Sequence record: HM114315.1 | Length of the DNA: 64,000 nt | From: Acinetobacter phage 133 | Strand: one strand, 5' to 3' | Part shown: in pieces, positions 38,200 through 46,845 of the stretch | Layout: every line of letters begins with the position of its first letter | Numbering within the stretch: the first letter of the stretch is position 1 | Notes under the pieces: model-generated | Seen by the model: only the letters and a program-made list of their open reading frames with translations | Database searches by the model: none | What the model was told of the DNA's origin: nothing | Program-made: the position numbers and the translations under genes

Positions 38200-38503
38200 A
38201 AACTTCCTGGCTTAGTAATCCTTGTGATATTAAAATTTGTGCGAATTCATCAGGTGTTTTTAATTCGGTTAAATTAAAAAATTTGGACATGGGACGGGTC
38301 AAAATTTCAGTTGCAACCCCATCAACCATCTTGAACATAATACCTCGGCATTCAAGTGCAGAAGGTTTCAGCCAATCCGTATATGAAACGAAGTGATAAT
38401 TGAAAATACGGACATTCATGCCCATTGCAGTAGTTTGGTCTTTGAAATAGAACAAGTTTTGATCATCTGCGCATAACGCCATTAATTCATCATAAATTTG
38501 CAT
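38165..38503 (-). CDS. rnlA: RNA ligase 1 (RnlA), N-terminal fragment
   Basis: Aligns with T4 Rnl1 residues 1 to about 85 (MQ.....LMELC, RIF.Y.F.SY.DWL.P.ALECRGIMF, RPM.KFFNL). Then a ~30 aa non-homologous tail and a stop codon. Confidence 0.8.
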   Translation of the reverse strand: MQIYDELMALCADDQNLFYFKDQTTAMGMNVRIFNYHFVSYTDWLKPSALECRGIMFKMVDGVATEILTRPMSKFFNLTELKTPDEFAQILISQGLLSQEVYDKAKNPPSFT

Positions 38504-38521
38504 AATTTGCTCCTGGATTTG

Positions 38522-38553
38522 GTATGATTTTAAGACAATTTTTCAAAGCAAAA
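38522..38553 (-). promoter_or_regulatory. Putative MotA-dependent middle promoter for rnlA
   Basis: Minus strand: tTGCTTTGa, about 11 nt spacer, TAAAAT, just downstream of the nrdH terminator. Confidence 0.35.
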
Positions 38554-38571
38554 AGGGTCCCGAAGGACCCT
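38550..38571 (-). terminator. Terminator with UUCG tetraloop after the NrdH-like gene
   Basis: GGGTCCCGAAGGACCC with an A-run. Confidence 0.65.
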
Positions 38572-38575
38572 AACT

Positions 38576-38794
38576 TTATTTCAAGAATTTACGCAGTTCA
38601 ATGTAGCCGCCAATCAATGTATCCCCATATGTAATCACAGGAAATGCTGCTCGACCGGGTGCGATCTTTTGCAAGTCGTCTTTAGTGAAGTCTTCGCCGA
38701 TGGTTTTAATTTCATGAGCAATCTGTTTAATTTCCAAATATTTTTTAGCTTGTAGGCATTGGCCACAATTAGGTGCGCTGTATACAGTAAACAT
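38576..38794 (-). CDS. NrdH/glutaredoxin-like redoxin
   Basis: 72 aa with CGQC near the N-terminus and a C-terminal GG.IGG motif, in the T4 nrdC-like position next to nrdB. Confidence 0.65.
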   Translation of the reverse strand: MFTVYSAPNCGQCLQAKKYLEIKQIAHEIKTIGEDFTKDDLQKIAPGRAAFPVITYGDTLIGGYIELRKFLK

Positions 38795-38796
38795 GA

Positions 38797-39945
38797 TTAT
38801 CCTTTTTTCGGTAAATATTTTTCGCGGAATTGGGCAATAATATTGTCATCCACGTCTTGATCGATTTGAGAAATTAAGTATGAACTCAATTCTGCTTCTT
38901 GTTTTGCCACCTGAACCGATGACGCCATTAGATATTTATTTACCCATGGCAACGGATGACGTTTAGGTCGTTCAATTGGGCAATTAAGGCCAACATTTTT
39001 CATCGCTGGAACTAATTGATAATCAATGAACTCGTGTACCAAATCAGTAGTTAATCCATCAGGGTGACCATTACGATAAACGTATGTTGCCCATGCACGT
39101 TCTTGTGCGCGTACTTCAAGGAACATTGCTTCAGCTTCTTCTTTACAGTCAAGAGCAATTTCGCGCCATTCTGTACCGTCGATGCCTTTGTTCATTTGTT
39201 GAAGAATATAACGCGTGCCTTGATGATGTAGATTTTCGTCACGTGCAATGAATTGCATGATCTTCATATTACCTTCCATGATCTTCATATTTTCGAAGAA
39301 ATTCCAGGTAGAAATGAATGACACATAGAAACGAATTGCTTCCAAAGCATTAATCGCATGTAAACATAAGTAAAGCGCTTTTTTAACTTCACGCAATTGC
39401 CCAGGCGTTGCAACACCGCGGATTTTGTCGGCCTGGTATAAAATGATTAATTTATGCAATAAATCATATCGTTCACAAATACTCGTTGCACGAGCCATAA
39501 TTTCTTTATTGGCCAATACACCATCAAAGATTTTTGAAGGATCCGAATATAAGTTGCGGATAATATGGGTGTAAGAACGAGAGTGAATTGTCTCAGAGAA
39601 AGTCCAAGTCATAATCCAGGTTTCTAACGCCACATCAGAGCAAATTGAAGCTAGAACAATCGCCGGTGCTCGACCCTGCACAGAGTCCATCAGAATTTGG
39701 TAACCCAGGTTGTCAGTGAAAATTGTCTGAAGATGTCCACGATTGGTTTCCCAGAGCTTATCAAACTGTGCTTTGTCAGTCGTTAGATTGACTTCCTCAG
39801 GACGCCAAAAAAACGAAAGTTGCTTAGTAGTTAGTTCTTCAAATTTTTCGTGTTTGACAATTTCATACCGAGCAACACCAGTGTCATCACCAAAGAACAT
39901 GGGTTGATCAATATTAAATTCGTTTTGATTAAAAATAGTTTGCAT
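38797..39945 (-). CDS. nrdB: Ribonucleotide reductase class Ia beta subunit; continuous, no intron
   Basis: R2 hallmarks (FSETIHSRSYTHI, FYVSF...EGNMKI..FIARDENLH). 382 aa. Confidence 0.9.
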   Translation of the reverse strand: MQTIFNQNEFNIDQPMFFGDDTGVARYEIVKHEKFEELTTKQLSFFWRPEEVNLTTDKAQFDKLWETNRGHLQTIFTDNLGYQILMDSVQGRAPAIVLASICSDVALETWIMTWTFSETIHSRSYTHIIRNLYSDPSKIFDGVLANKEIMARATSICERYDLLHKLIILYQADKIRGVATPGQLREVKKALYLCLHAINALEAIRFYVSFISTWNFFENMKIMEGNMKIMQFIARDENLHHQGTRYILQQMNKGIDGTEWREIALDCKEEAEAMFLEVRAQERAWATYVYRNGHPDGLTTDLVHEFIDYQLVPAMKNVGLNCPIERPKRHPLPWVNKYLMASSVQVAKQEAELSSYLISQIDQDVDDNIIAQFREKYLPKKG

Positions 39946-39984
39946 ATTATTCCTTGTGGGGCCGGCTAAGACCCCATTTTATCG

Positions 39985-42396
39985 TTAAATTGAACAACCT
40001 TCACATGCCGCTTCAGAAGAATCATCTGCGCCTGAACCATCATCTGTATTGTGATAATACATGTTCTTATTTCCGTAATAGAAACAGAACAACATATCAT
40101 CCATCATTACTGACATTGGGACTTTGCCATTGGAATAACTAGCTGGCACATAATACGTATTCAAGGAAATTGACTGGTCCCAGAATTTTTGCATAATTGC
40201 CATTTTGGTCAGGTATCCTTTATTGCCGAACTTAGCAGCAGATTCCCATGCAAATTCATAGAACACACTGTTAATATCGTAATTCGGAACAATCTGGTTA
40301 AATGACCCATCTTTTGATTGCTTATACGAAACAGGTTTTAATGCGCGTTCAACACCATTAGTCGAATTTGATACTTGGCTTGATGTTTCGCATGGCATTT
40401 GGGCTGACAGTGTTACGTTACGCATACCAAACTTAATCAGGCGAGCACGAGTGTCTTCCCAATCCATTACATAATTTGGTGCAACCAAGTCGTCTACATT
40501 TTTACAATACCAATCGATCGGAAGTAGTCCTTGACCATATTTGGTTTTGTACAACATTGGGCTTGGGCCTTTTTCTTCAGCCAAGTCAATTGACGCATTA
40601 ACCAATGCGTATTGTAAACGTTCAAACAACTCATGCGATGTTTCATGGTCGTCTTCATAAGAAGAAGCATTGGCCGCAAGCCATCCAGCATAGTTTGTAA
40701 CCCCAATACCTAAAGAACGATATTCTTTGGCCTTCAATGCGTTTTGGTGCGGGTAGTCTTGGTAATCCAAAAGATTATCCAAAGCACGAACCATCACTTT
40801 GCCGATACGATTTACTTCGTCTTGATTCTTCCAATCAAAATTATCAAGCACCCACGCCGACAGTGTACATAATGCAATTTCACCTAAGTCTTCCTGGACA
40901 TTTAAAGAAATTTCCCCTTCTTTTAAATCTTCAACACGACCAATGCGTCGGAATTCATTTTCAACAGTAGGCAACACTGCTTTTTTGGTACCATATTTTT
41001 CAACAAATGCAATCAGTGATCCTTCCGGAACCGCAATAATCCGGTCTGCATAAGTAGCCAATGGCATTGTGTGTAGTGCGATTTCCGCACATAGATTTGA
41101 CATTTTAACTGGAGCGATTGAACGAATCCACGGCCCAAAGTTATTTGCATTGTCAACATGTTGTGGGTAGATACGAGCAGTATTTGCGCGTTCTGGCATA
41201 AACAGACTTTGGAAATATTCTGTTGCTTTGATGCGTTTTTTACGTACTGCTGGGGTTGCTTCCAGTTGTTCATACATTGTGCGGAATAATTCTTCATCCG
41301 CATAAAATGCATCGCGTAGTTGACCCCCATTAATTTCGGGGCTGAACAATGTGATGTAATCGTTGTTTAAATAACGTTCAATCATTAAATTGTTCAACTG
41401 AATACCATAGTCCATATGACGGATACGGTTTTCTTCAATGCCTTTGTTGTTCTTGAGAACAATCAGGTTTTCACATTCTAAGTGCCAGCCAGGCCAGTAA
41501 CATGTAGCTGAGCCTTTACGAATACCACCTTGAGAGCATGAATGTACTCCAGTATTAAAATGCTTCCAGAACGGGGTCACGCCAGTATGCTTAACTTCAC
41601 CAGGCCCAATCTTTGAACCTTCTGCACGGATTGCTCCACCTGAAACCCCAATGCCCGCTCGTTTTGACACGTACGAAATAATAGCAGATGATGTTTCATT
41701 AATCGAGTCCAAGCTATCACCAGATTCAATCAGTACACAAGAACTAAATTGACGTGTTGGTGTACGTACTCCGGCCATGATTGGAGTGGGTAGACTGATT
41801 TGCTTTAATGAAACTGCGTCATAAAAGTCTTTAACATATTGTAAACGTTTGCTTTTTTCGTCTTCCTGGTGCAGACACATACCAATAAGCATGAATGTGA
41901 ACTGAGGAGTTTCATGAATTGCACCGTTAGATCGATCTTTTACAAGATACTTATCCTTCATCTGCATGGTGCCAGCGTACGTGAAATTAAAATCACGATC
42001 GTGGTTAATATAACGGTTAAGCTCTTCAAACTCTTCCGCGCTATATTTTTGCACAATTTCAGGGTCATATACGCCCAGGTCTGTTTTTGCTTTAACTTGA
42101 GCTAACAAATGAGGAGGGTCAAATTGTCCATACACCTCTTTACGTAGCCCAAACATTGCCAAATTAGATGCAACAAATTGATAATCGGATTCTTCAACTG
42201 TGATAGAGTCTGCAGCCACTTTGACTATAGCCCGCTGAATTTCCGCGGTAGTCATTTGGTCTTTAATGAAAGGTTGAGCTCGTTCATATAGTTCGTACGG
42301 GTTGATCTGTGTACCTTCACATGACCATTCTAGAACCTGGATAATTTTGGCAGGATCAAAATCCTGGGCGATTCCACTAGATTTAATTACTTTCAT
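39985..42396 (-). CDS. nrdA: Ribonucleotide reductase class Ia alpha subunit
   Basis: R1 motifs (ATP cone, SSCVLIE, NLCAEI, C-terminal CEGCSI redox pair). 803 aa. Confidence 0.9.
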   Translation of the reverse strand: MKVIKSSGIAQDFDPAKIIQVLEWSCEGTQINPYELYERAQPFIKDQMTTAEIQRAIVKVAADSITVEESDYQFVASNLAMFGLRKEVYGQFDPPHLLAQVKAKTDLGVYDPEIVQKYSAEEFEELNRYINHDRDFNFTYAGTMQMKDKYLVKDRSNGAIHETPQFTFMLIGMCLHQEDEKSKRLQYVKDFYDAVSLKQISLPTPIMAGVRTPTRQFSSCVLIESGDSLDSINETSSAIISYVSKRAGIGVSGGAIRAEGSKIGPGEVKHTGVTPFWKHFNTGVHSCSQGGIRKGSATCYWPGWHLECENLIVLKNNKGIEENRIRHMDYGIQLNNLMIERYLNNDYITLFSPEINGGQLRDAFYADEELFRTMYEQLEATPAVRKKRIKATEYFQSLFMPERANTARIYPQHVDNANNFGPWIRSIAPVKMSNLCAEIALHTMPLATYADRIIAVPEGSLIAFVEKYGTKKAVLPTVENEFRRIGRVEDLKEGEISLNVQEDLGEIALCTLSAWVLDNFDWKNQDEVNRIGKVMVRALDNLLDYQDYPHQNALKAKEYRSLGIGVTNYAGWLAANASSYEDDHETSHELFERLQYALVNASIDLAEEKGPSPMLYKTKYGQGLLPIDWYCKNVDDLVAPNYVMDWEDTRARLIKFGMRNVTLSAQMPCETSSQVSNSTNGVERALKPVSYKQSKDGSFNQIVPNYDINSVFYEFAWESAAKFGNKGYLTKMAIMQKFWDQSISLNTYYVPASYSNGKVPMSVMMDDMLFCFYYGNKNMYYHNTDDGSGADDSSEAACEGCSI

Positions 42397-42730
42397 AGAA
42401 TTCCTCTAATATGTTGACTTTATCTTTAAACACGCGATTGACTGTTTTAGCAATTATATCGCCATGGCACTGATGCGGATAGCAAGTGCACCCTAATCTA
42501 GCACCTCGCAATACTTCCAGATGTTCCAGGGTTATTTTCTTATCTTTGATTAATTGTATCCAGTACGAATTAAATAAGGGGATCGCTTGATCCCCATGCT
42601 CTTCCACAGTGTATGGGTTGCCCCATATTGTTCCGCGCTGGATATTTATGTCGTATTCGTGCCTGTACTTGTTGACGACCCGACATACTTCATCGGATCG
42701 CCAAAGTCTAACACTAGGATCTATGGCCAT
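42383..42730 (-). CDS. Hypothetical protein with a DUF4326-like GC.C.P..CHGD motif
   Basis: LGCTCYPHQCHGDII near the C-terminus. Confidence 0.4.
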   Translation of the reverse strand: MAIDPSVRLWRSDEVCRVVNKYRHEYDINIQRGTIWGNPYTVEEHGDQAIPLFNSYWIQLIKDKKITLEHLEVLRGARLGCTCYPHQCHGDIIAKTVNRVFKDKVNILEEFYESN

Positions 42731-43242
42731 TGATGATATTCTTCTTCAATAACACACGTAGTACCATCGCGATACACCGCATTATTGATCGCATTCAACA
42801 TAACAATTTTATTTAAAAATGCCATGTCCAGACGTTGTGTAACTGGTTTATCTAACGGGGCAACGATACAGGTTTTAAAAACTTTATCTGCAAACGGTAG
42901 AGCCAGTTCAAGAATTTCTTTACCTCCGATGACCGAGTACATATTGTCACGATCTTCAGCCATTGTTTTTAAGCACTCTTTGGCAGCAGATATATTAAAC
43001 CATACGTCTGGTTGATCACCATTCTTTGCACATGGAGCAGAGCGTTCAGGGTTAAGGAAAACTACATGCTGACGACCAGGAAGCTTACATGGAAGACTGG
43101 CGAACGTTTTGGCGCCCATTACAAGTACGGTGCCTTTCGTACGAGCTTTGAAGTTTTTAAAGTCCTGGCTGATGTGAGGCCAAGGCATACCGTCAGCTGC
43201 ACCAAATGCAGAACCTGAATGAGCAAATACTAATTGAATCAT
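42721..43242 (-). CDS. frd: Dihydrofolate reductase
   Basis: DHFR pattern (IQLVFAHS...G.PW, VLVMGAKTF.SLP...PGR.H.V, SVIGG). Confidence 0.85.
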   Translation of the reverse strand: MIQLVFAHSGSAFGAADGMPWPHISQDFKNFKARTKGTVLVMGAKTFASLPCKLPGRQHVVFLNPERSAPCAKNGDQPDVWFNISAAKECLKTMAEDRDNMYSVIGGKEILELALPFADKVFKTCIVAPLDKPVTQRLDMAFLNKIVMLNAINNAVYRDGTTCVIEEEYHQWP

Positions 43243-43688
43243 TTTTCCACCATACGATCTAGTATTGATTTAAGCTGGGTAATTTGAACACCTGCGAGAG
43301 TGATGATTTTACCATCCTGTTCCAAAGCAATTGTTTGCAGTTCTTTACTTGCATTAATGGCAACATCCGTAGACGGGGCCTTGGCAATGCATGTAAGGCC
43401 AGGTTCAACCATAGGGACTCCACTAAGGTCTAAAGTTTCAATCATCAACTCAAGGCGATATTCATCTAGATCACTTGCCGCAAATAGCATATCATGCGTA
43501 ATAACAGTACCCGTTGATTTATGTTTTGCCTTTGTAACCTTCTGATTACGTGGACCTACCTCCAGGACTTCAAACACCTCACCTTCTTGTAAACACTTGT
43601 ATGCAGCCGTTAATGATCGGTTTGTATATGCATCCGACCATTTTGGGGTAAGGCGATAAATTTGACCCACACTGTATATTTTTGTCAT
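43239..43688 (-). CDS. Hypothetical protein
   Basis: 149 aa ORF with ATGA coupling. Confidence 0.4.
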   Translation of the reverse strand: MTKIYSVGQIYRLTPKWSDAYTNRSLTAAYKCLQEGEVFEVLEVGPRNQKVTKAKHKSTGTVITHDMLFAASDLDEYRLELMIETLDLSGVPMVEPGLTCIAKAPSTDVAINASKELQTIALEQDGKIITLAGVQITQLKSILDRMVEK

Positions 43689-43885
43689 TCTAAGATTTCC
43701 TTTAACTGCGCCAGTAGTTCATTGGCCTGATGTTCAGACATAACAATATGCTTGGTGCCCTGGATAAGACTAACTTGTCCGATTGAGGCGCTTGCATTCA
43801 AAGTGATAGCCGGTATTTCTACCGGGTCGCCTGTTCTGTATTGTACTTTATCCAAAGGGATTTTTTTATGAGATAATGATTTCAT
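43685..43885 (-). CDS. Hypothetical small protein
   Basis: 66 aa ORF. Confidence 0.35.
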   Translation of the reverse strand: MKSLSHKKIPLDKVQYRTGDPVEIPAITLNASASIGQVSLIQGTKHIVMSEHQANELLAQLKEILE

Positions 43886-43894
43886 TTATTTTCC

Positions 43895-43902
43895 TCATAA
43901 AT
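43895..43902 (+). promoter_or_regulatory. Late-promoter-like CATAAATA immediately upstream of the GIY-YIG endonuclease gene
   Basis: CATAAATA ends 7 nt before the ATG; T4 I-TevI is expressed late. Confidence 0.4.
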
Positions 43903-43909
43903 AGAAATA

Positions 43910-44737
43910 ATGTTAAACGGGATACCTACTATTATGTCAGCAGGAATATATAAAATACACAATAAATGCACTAACAAATGTTACGTTGGTAGTACGAAAA
44001 ATTTTGAATCTCGTTGGAAACAACATCTTTCAAACTTGCAGAACCAAAAACATTCAAGTATCAAATTGCAACGATCCTATAATAAGCATGGCATTGATGC
44101 ATTTGAGTTTGAAGTTATTGAAGAATTACCATACGAAAGAACGATAATAATTCAGAGAGAAGATTATTGGATATCTCAATTAAACTCCAAACAAAACGGG
44201 TATAATATTGCCGATGCATCCTTTGGGGACCAACTAACTCATCACCCAAATAGATTGGATATTATATCCAGAATAAAGGCCACCTCCATACGTAATATGC
44301 AATCAATGACCACTGAGCAGCGTAAACTTAAATTTGGTCGGCATGGGCCTGATAATGGAATGTACGGTCGAAAACATACCGACTCGACTAAAGAACGTAT
44401 AAGCCAAGCCAATACTGGAAATGAATACAGTAAGGGTAAACTACGTTCAGATCAGACCAAACAGATATTATCAGACATAGCTAAAACCAGAATAGGCGAT
44501 AAAAACCCATTTTACGGGAAGAATCATTCTAATGAAACTAAACGTAAAATTGGTAATGCTAACCTAGGTAATAATCCTGTAAATCGTTTGCAATACTCCA
44601 TATCGGGTAAAATATACAATGGCCTAGATTCGGCTGAGAGAGGCACCGGTATTAAACGAAGTACAATCAGACACCGGTGCCTCTCTCAGAATAAAAAGTA
44701 TGATGAGTACTTTATTATACGGCCATGTCAGCTTTAA
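43910..44737 (+). mobile_element. Free-standing I-TevI-like GIY-YIG homing endonuclease with NUMOD3-like repeats
   Basis: Catalytic domain nearly collinear with I-TevI (SGIYKIHNK..NKCYVGSTKNFESRWKQH, SSIKLQRSYNKHG, EELPYER..IIQREDYWI..LNSK.NGYNIADASFGD...HP). C-terminus carries NUMOD3-type repeats. Opposite strand to the flanking genes; 3-prime end overlaps the td 3-prime end. Confidence 0.85.
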
Positions 44738-45662
44738 TATTTGGATGACTTTCGTATCCAATTAATTTAAAGTCATCCACGGTGGCCTTCTCGAAGTCGT
44801 CTAATGTTTTTAACTCAGGATTAATCCAAAGAGTAGGTAACTTTTTGGGTTCTCTTGATAACTGCTCCAGGCATTGATCAATATGGTTTTTATAAATGTG
44901 AACATTGCCAAACTGACCAATTAGGTAACGAGGTGTTTTACCTAGGATTCGACCGAATACGTGACACAGCTCGGCATAAGAAGCGATATCAAAGGGTTTC
45001 CCCAAGAAAACGTCAACTGACCTCATTAGGAATAGCAAGTCAATATGGCCGTTATTGATATTGATCTGAAACCCGTAATGGCATGGCGGCAAAGTAGGTT
45101 TGTCCTGCTTTACATATTTGTCATCATGGCCCCAAACTGATTTGGGATCCCAGGCAAGAGTCAGCAAACGGCGTGATCCTGGGTTTTTAATTGCTTCATT
45201 GAGCACCGCTTTAATCTGGTCAAACCCGGTTACTTCATACTCATCGTATGATTCGACTTTAGTGTCACCCCGTTCAATTCGAATTGTGCCTTGTCCAAAT
45301 TCGCGCCAAACATTACCATAGACTGGGCCCATATAACCCGCTGTATAACCGAGCTCTTTTTCCGCTTGTTGGTAGTAATTCGCGTCCCAAATTGTTTTCT
45401 TATCCGCATCATATCGCGCGGATTCCCCATGCGTGATTGCACGTAATTCAAATAAATCATTTGACCCACGCAGGAACCACAACATTTCAGCCGTAACTGA
45501 TTTAAAGGCCAAACGCTTTGTGGTCACCGCAGGAAATCCTTTGCGAAGATCAATTTTCAGTTGCTCACCAAATAAAGCAATTGTTCCAACACCAGTACGT
45601 TCATCATCAACGTCTTCGCCATTATCCAATACATTACGCATCAAATCTAAATAACTTTTCAT
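44715..45662 (-). CDS. td: Thymidylate synthase; continuous, no intron
   Basis: Aligns with T4 Td (DRTGTGT.ALFG, GFPAVTTK.LA.K, LPPCH, RSVDVFLG.PFNIASYA, HIY.NH..Q). GGAG RBS. Confidence 0.9.
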   Translation of the reverse strand: MKSYLDLMRNVLDNGEDVDDERTGVGTIALFGEQLKIDLRKGFPAVTTKRLAFKSVTAEMLWFLRGSNDLFELRAITHGESARYDADKKTIWDANYYQQAEKELGYTAGYMGPVYGNVWREFGQGTIRIERGDTKVESYDEYEVTGFDQIKAVLNEAIKNPGSRRLLTLAWDPKSVWGHDDKYVKQDKPTLPPCHYGFQININNGHIDLLFLMRSVDVFLGKPFDIASYAELCHVFGRILGKTPRYLIGQFGNVHIYKNHIDQCLEQLSREPKKLPTLWINPELKTLDDFEKATVDDFKLIGYESHPNIKADMAV

Positions 45663-45685
45663 ATGAGCTCCTTAAAAATGTTATA

Positions 45686-46174
45686 TTAATGTGGTTCATT
45701 TAAGCGAATGAGAGCAGAATGAATTCCATATTGCGCTAACGCAGCCTCTTCTTTTGTACGGAATAACATGCCATGCTTAAGTAGGTAATCCCATAACAAA
45801 TGACTTCGTGTTATTACCACTGGATCATGATTACCATCCAGAACTGGTTTATATGCTGCGCTAGATTCAGTATCATTTGGTAACGGCACTGGAATTTCAC
45901 ATTTAAGTTCAGCCGTCTTCGATGGGACAGTCACAGTTAGTCGTTGTCCAGAATGATGAATTTCGTGTAGTGTTTCCCATTCTTTAATAGGGGTTTCAGT
46001 TTCTGCCACACGAGCAAGTTCAGGAGTTCCGCCCACTTCCCATTTAGAATTTGCGATAAATGGCTTAACAGTAGGACATCGTTTTTCAACCGTGATCACA
46101 ACTCCCTTTTTACTAATCATCACATAAAATGGATATTGGTGAGGGGTATAAATGGTATGATCTTTACCATCCAT
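45686..46174 (-). CDS. Hypothetical protein
   Basis: 162 aa ORF. Confidence 0.4.
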   Translation of the reverse strand: MDGKDHTIYTPHQYPFYVMISKKGVVITVEKRCPTVKPFIANSKWEVGGTPELARVAETETPIKEWETLHEIHHSGQRLTVTVPSKTAELKCEIPVPLPNDTESSAAYKPVLDGNHDPVVITRSHLLWDYLLKHGMLFRTKEEAALAQYGIHSALIRLNEPH

Positions 46175-46206
46175 ACGGAGTAGAAAAAAGACTAGTGGGG
46201 TTAAAA

Positions 46207-46797
46207 TTAATTTTCATGATGTGCTCCACAAATTGAGTTATGATGATTAATAACGGCATCTTTTGAATTAAATAAAAGCCCCATTTGAATTAGGGTTCCC
46301 CATCGGATATGTAAATGAGCCGGGTGTCCCTCTCGAGGTTTTTCAAGTGAGCAAACTTGTAATTTCCCAGTATCGTAATAGAACCCAATTTTTTCTGGAC
46401 CATTTGCTGTCAATGGTATAGGCAATTCAAGAGTACATACACGGAGTGACTGCTCTAAGTATACAATGAGAGGGTCATTTTTAACATATTCCAGGTTTAC
46501 ATGAAAAATCAAATTTTCCCAATTTGGGACATTTTTATTTGTTAGCTCCGCAACTACAATAGGCACTTGTGTATCACTAAAATGAGTACCTTGGAAGCGG
46601 TTTTGCTTAATCTCGTGTTCGTTAGATATTGCAACAGGCCAAACTAATATGTCGCCACGTTGGCTAATAGTTAGCCGAAACTTGGACTCTACTTCAGCAG
46701 GTATTAAAATTTCCACTGGCACATCATTAATAATAGCCGGTAAAGTGCGGACTCTTTGGAATTTTGATTTAATCATATTTTTCTCCATGAAAGCCAT
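46207..46797 (-). CDS. Hypothetical protein
   Basis: 196 aa ORF. Confidence 0.4.
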   Translation of the reverse strand: MAFMEKNMIKSKFQRVRTLPAIINDVPVEILIPAEVESKFRLTISQRGDILVWPVAISNEHEIKQNRFQGTHFSDTQVPIVVAELTNKNVPNWENLIFHVNLEYVKNDPLIVYLEQSLRVCTLELPIPLTANGPEKIGFYYDTGKLQVCSLEKPREGHPAHLHIRWGTLIQMGLLFNSKDAVINHHNSICGAHHEN

Positions 46798-46810
46798 ATA
46801 CTATCATATA

Positions 46811-46839
46811 AAAACAAAAAAGGGAACCCTTAGGTTCCC
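46811..46839 (-). terminator. Terminator after gene 32
   Basis: GGGAACC-CTTA-GGTTCCC preceded by an A-run on the plus strand, which is a U-run on the minus strand. Confidence 0.65.
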
Positions 46840-46845
46840 AAATTT

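Noticed and set aside
39210-39330. Apparent 7 aa tandem duplication NMKIMEGNMKIMQ in NrdB
   Set aside because: It aligns residue for residue with the conserved helix of class Ia R2 proteins (E. coli RELMEGNAKIIRL). It is a coincidental internal similarity, not an insertion or duplication.
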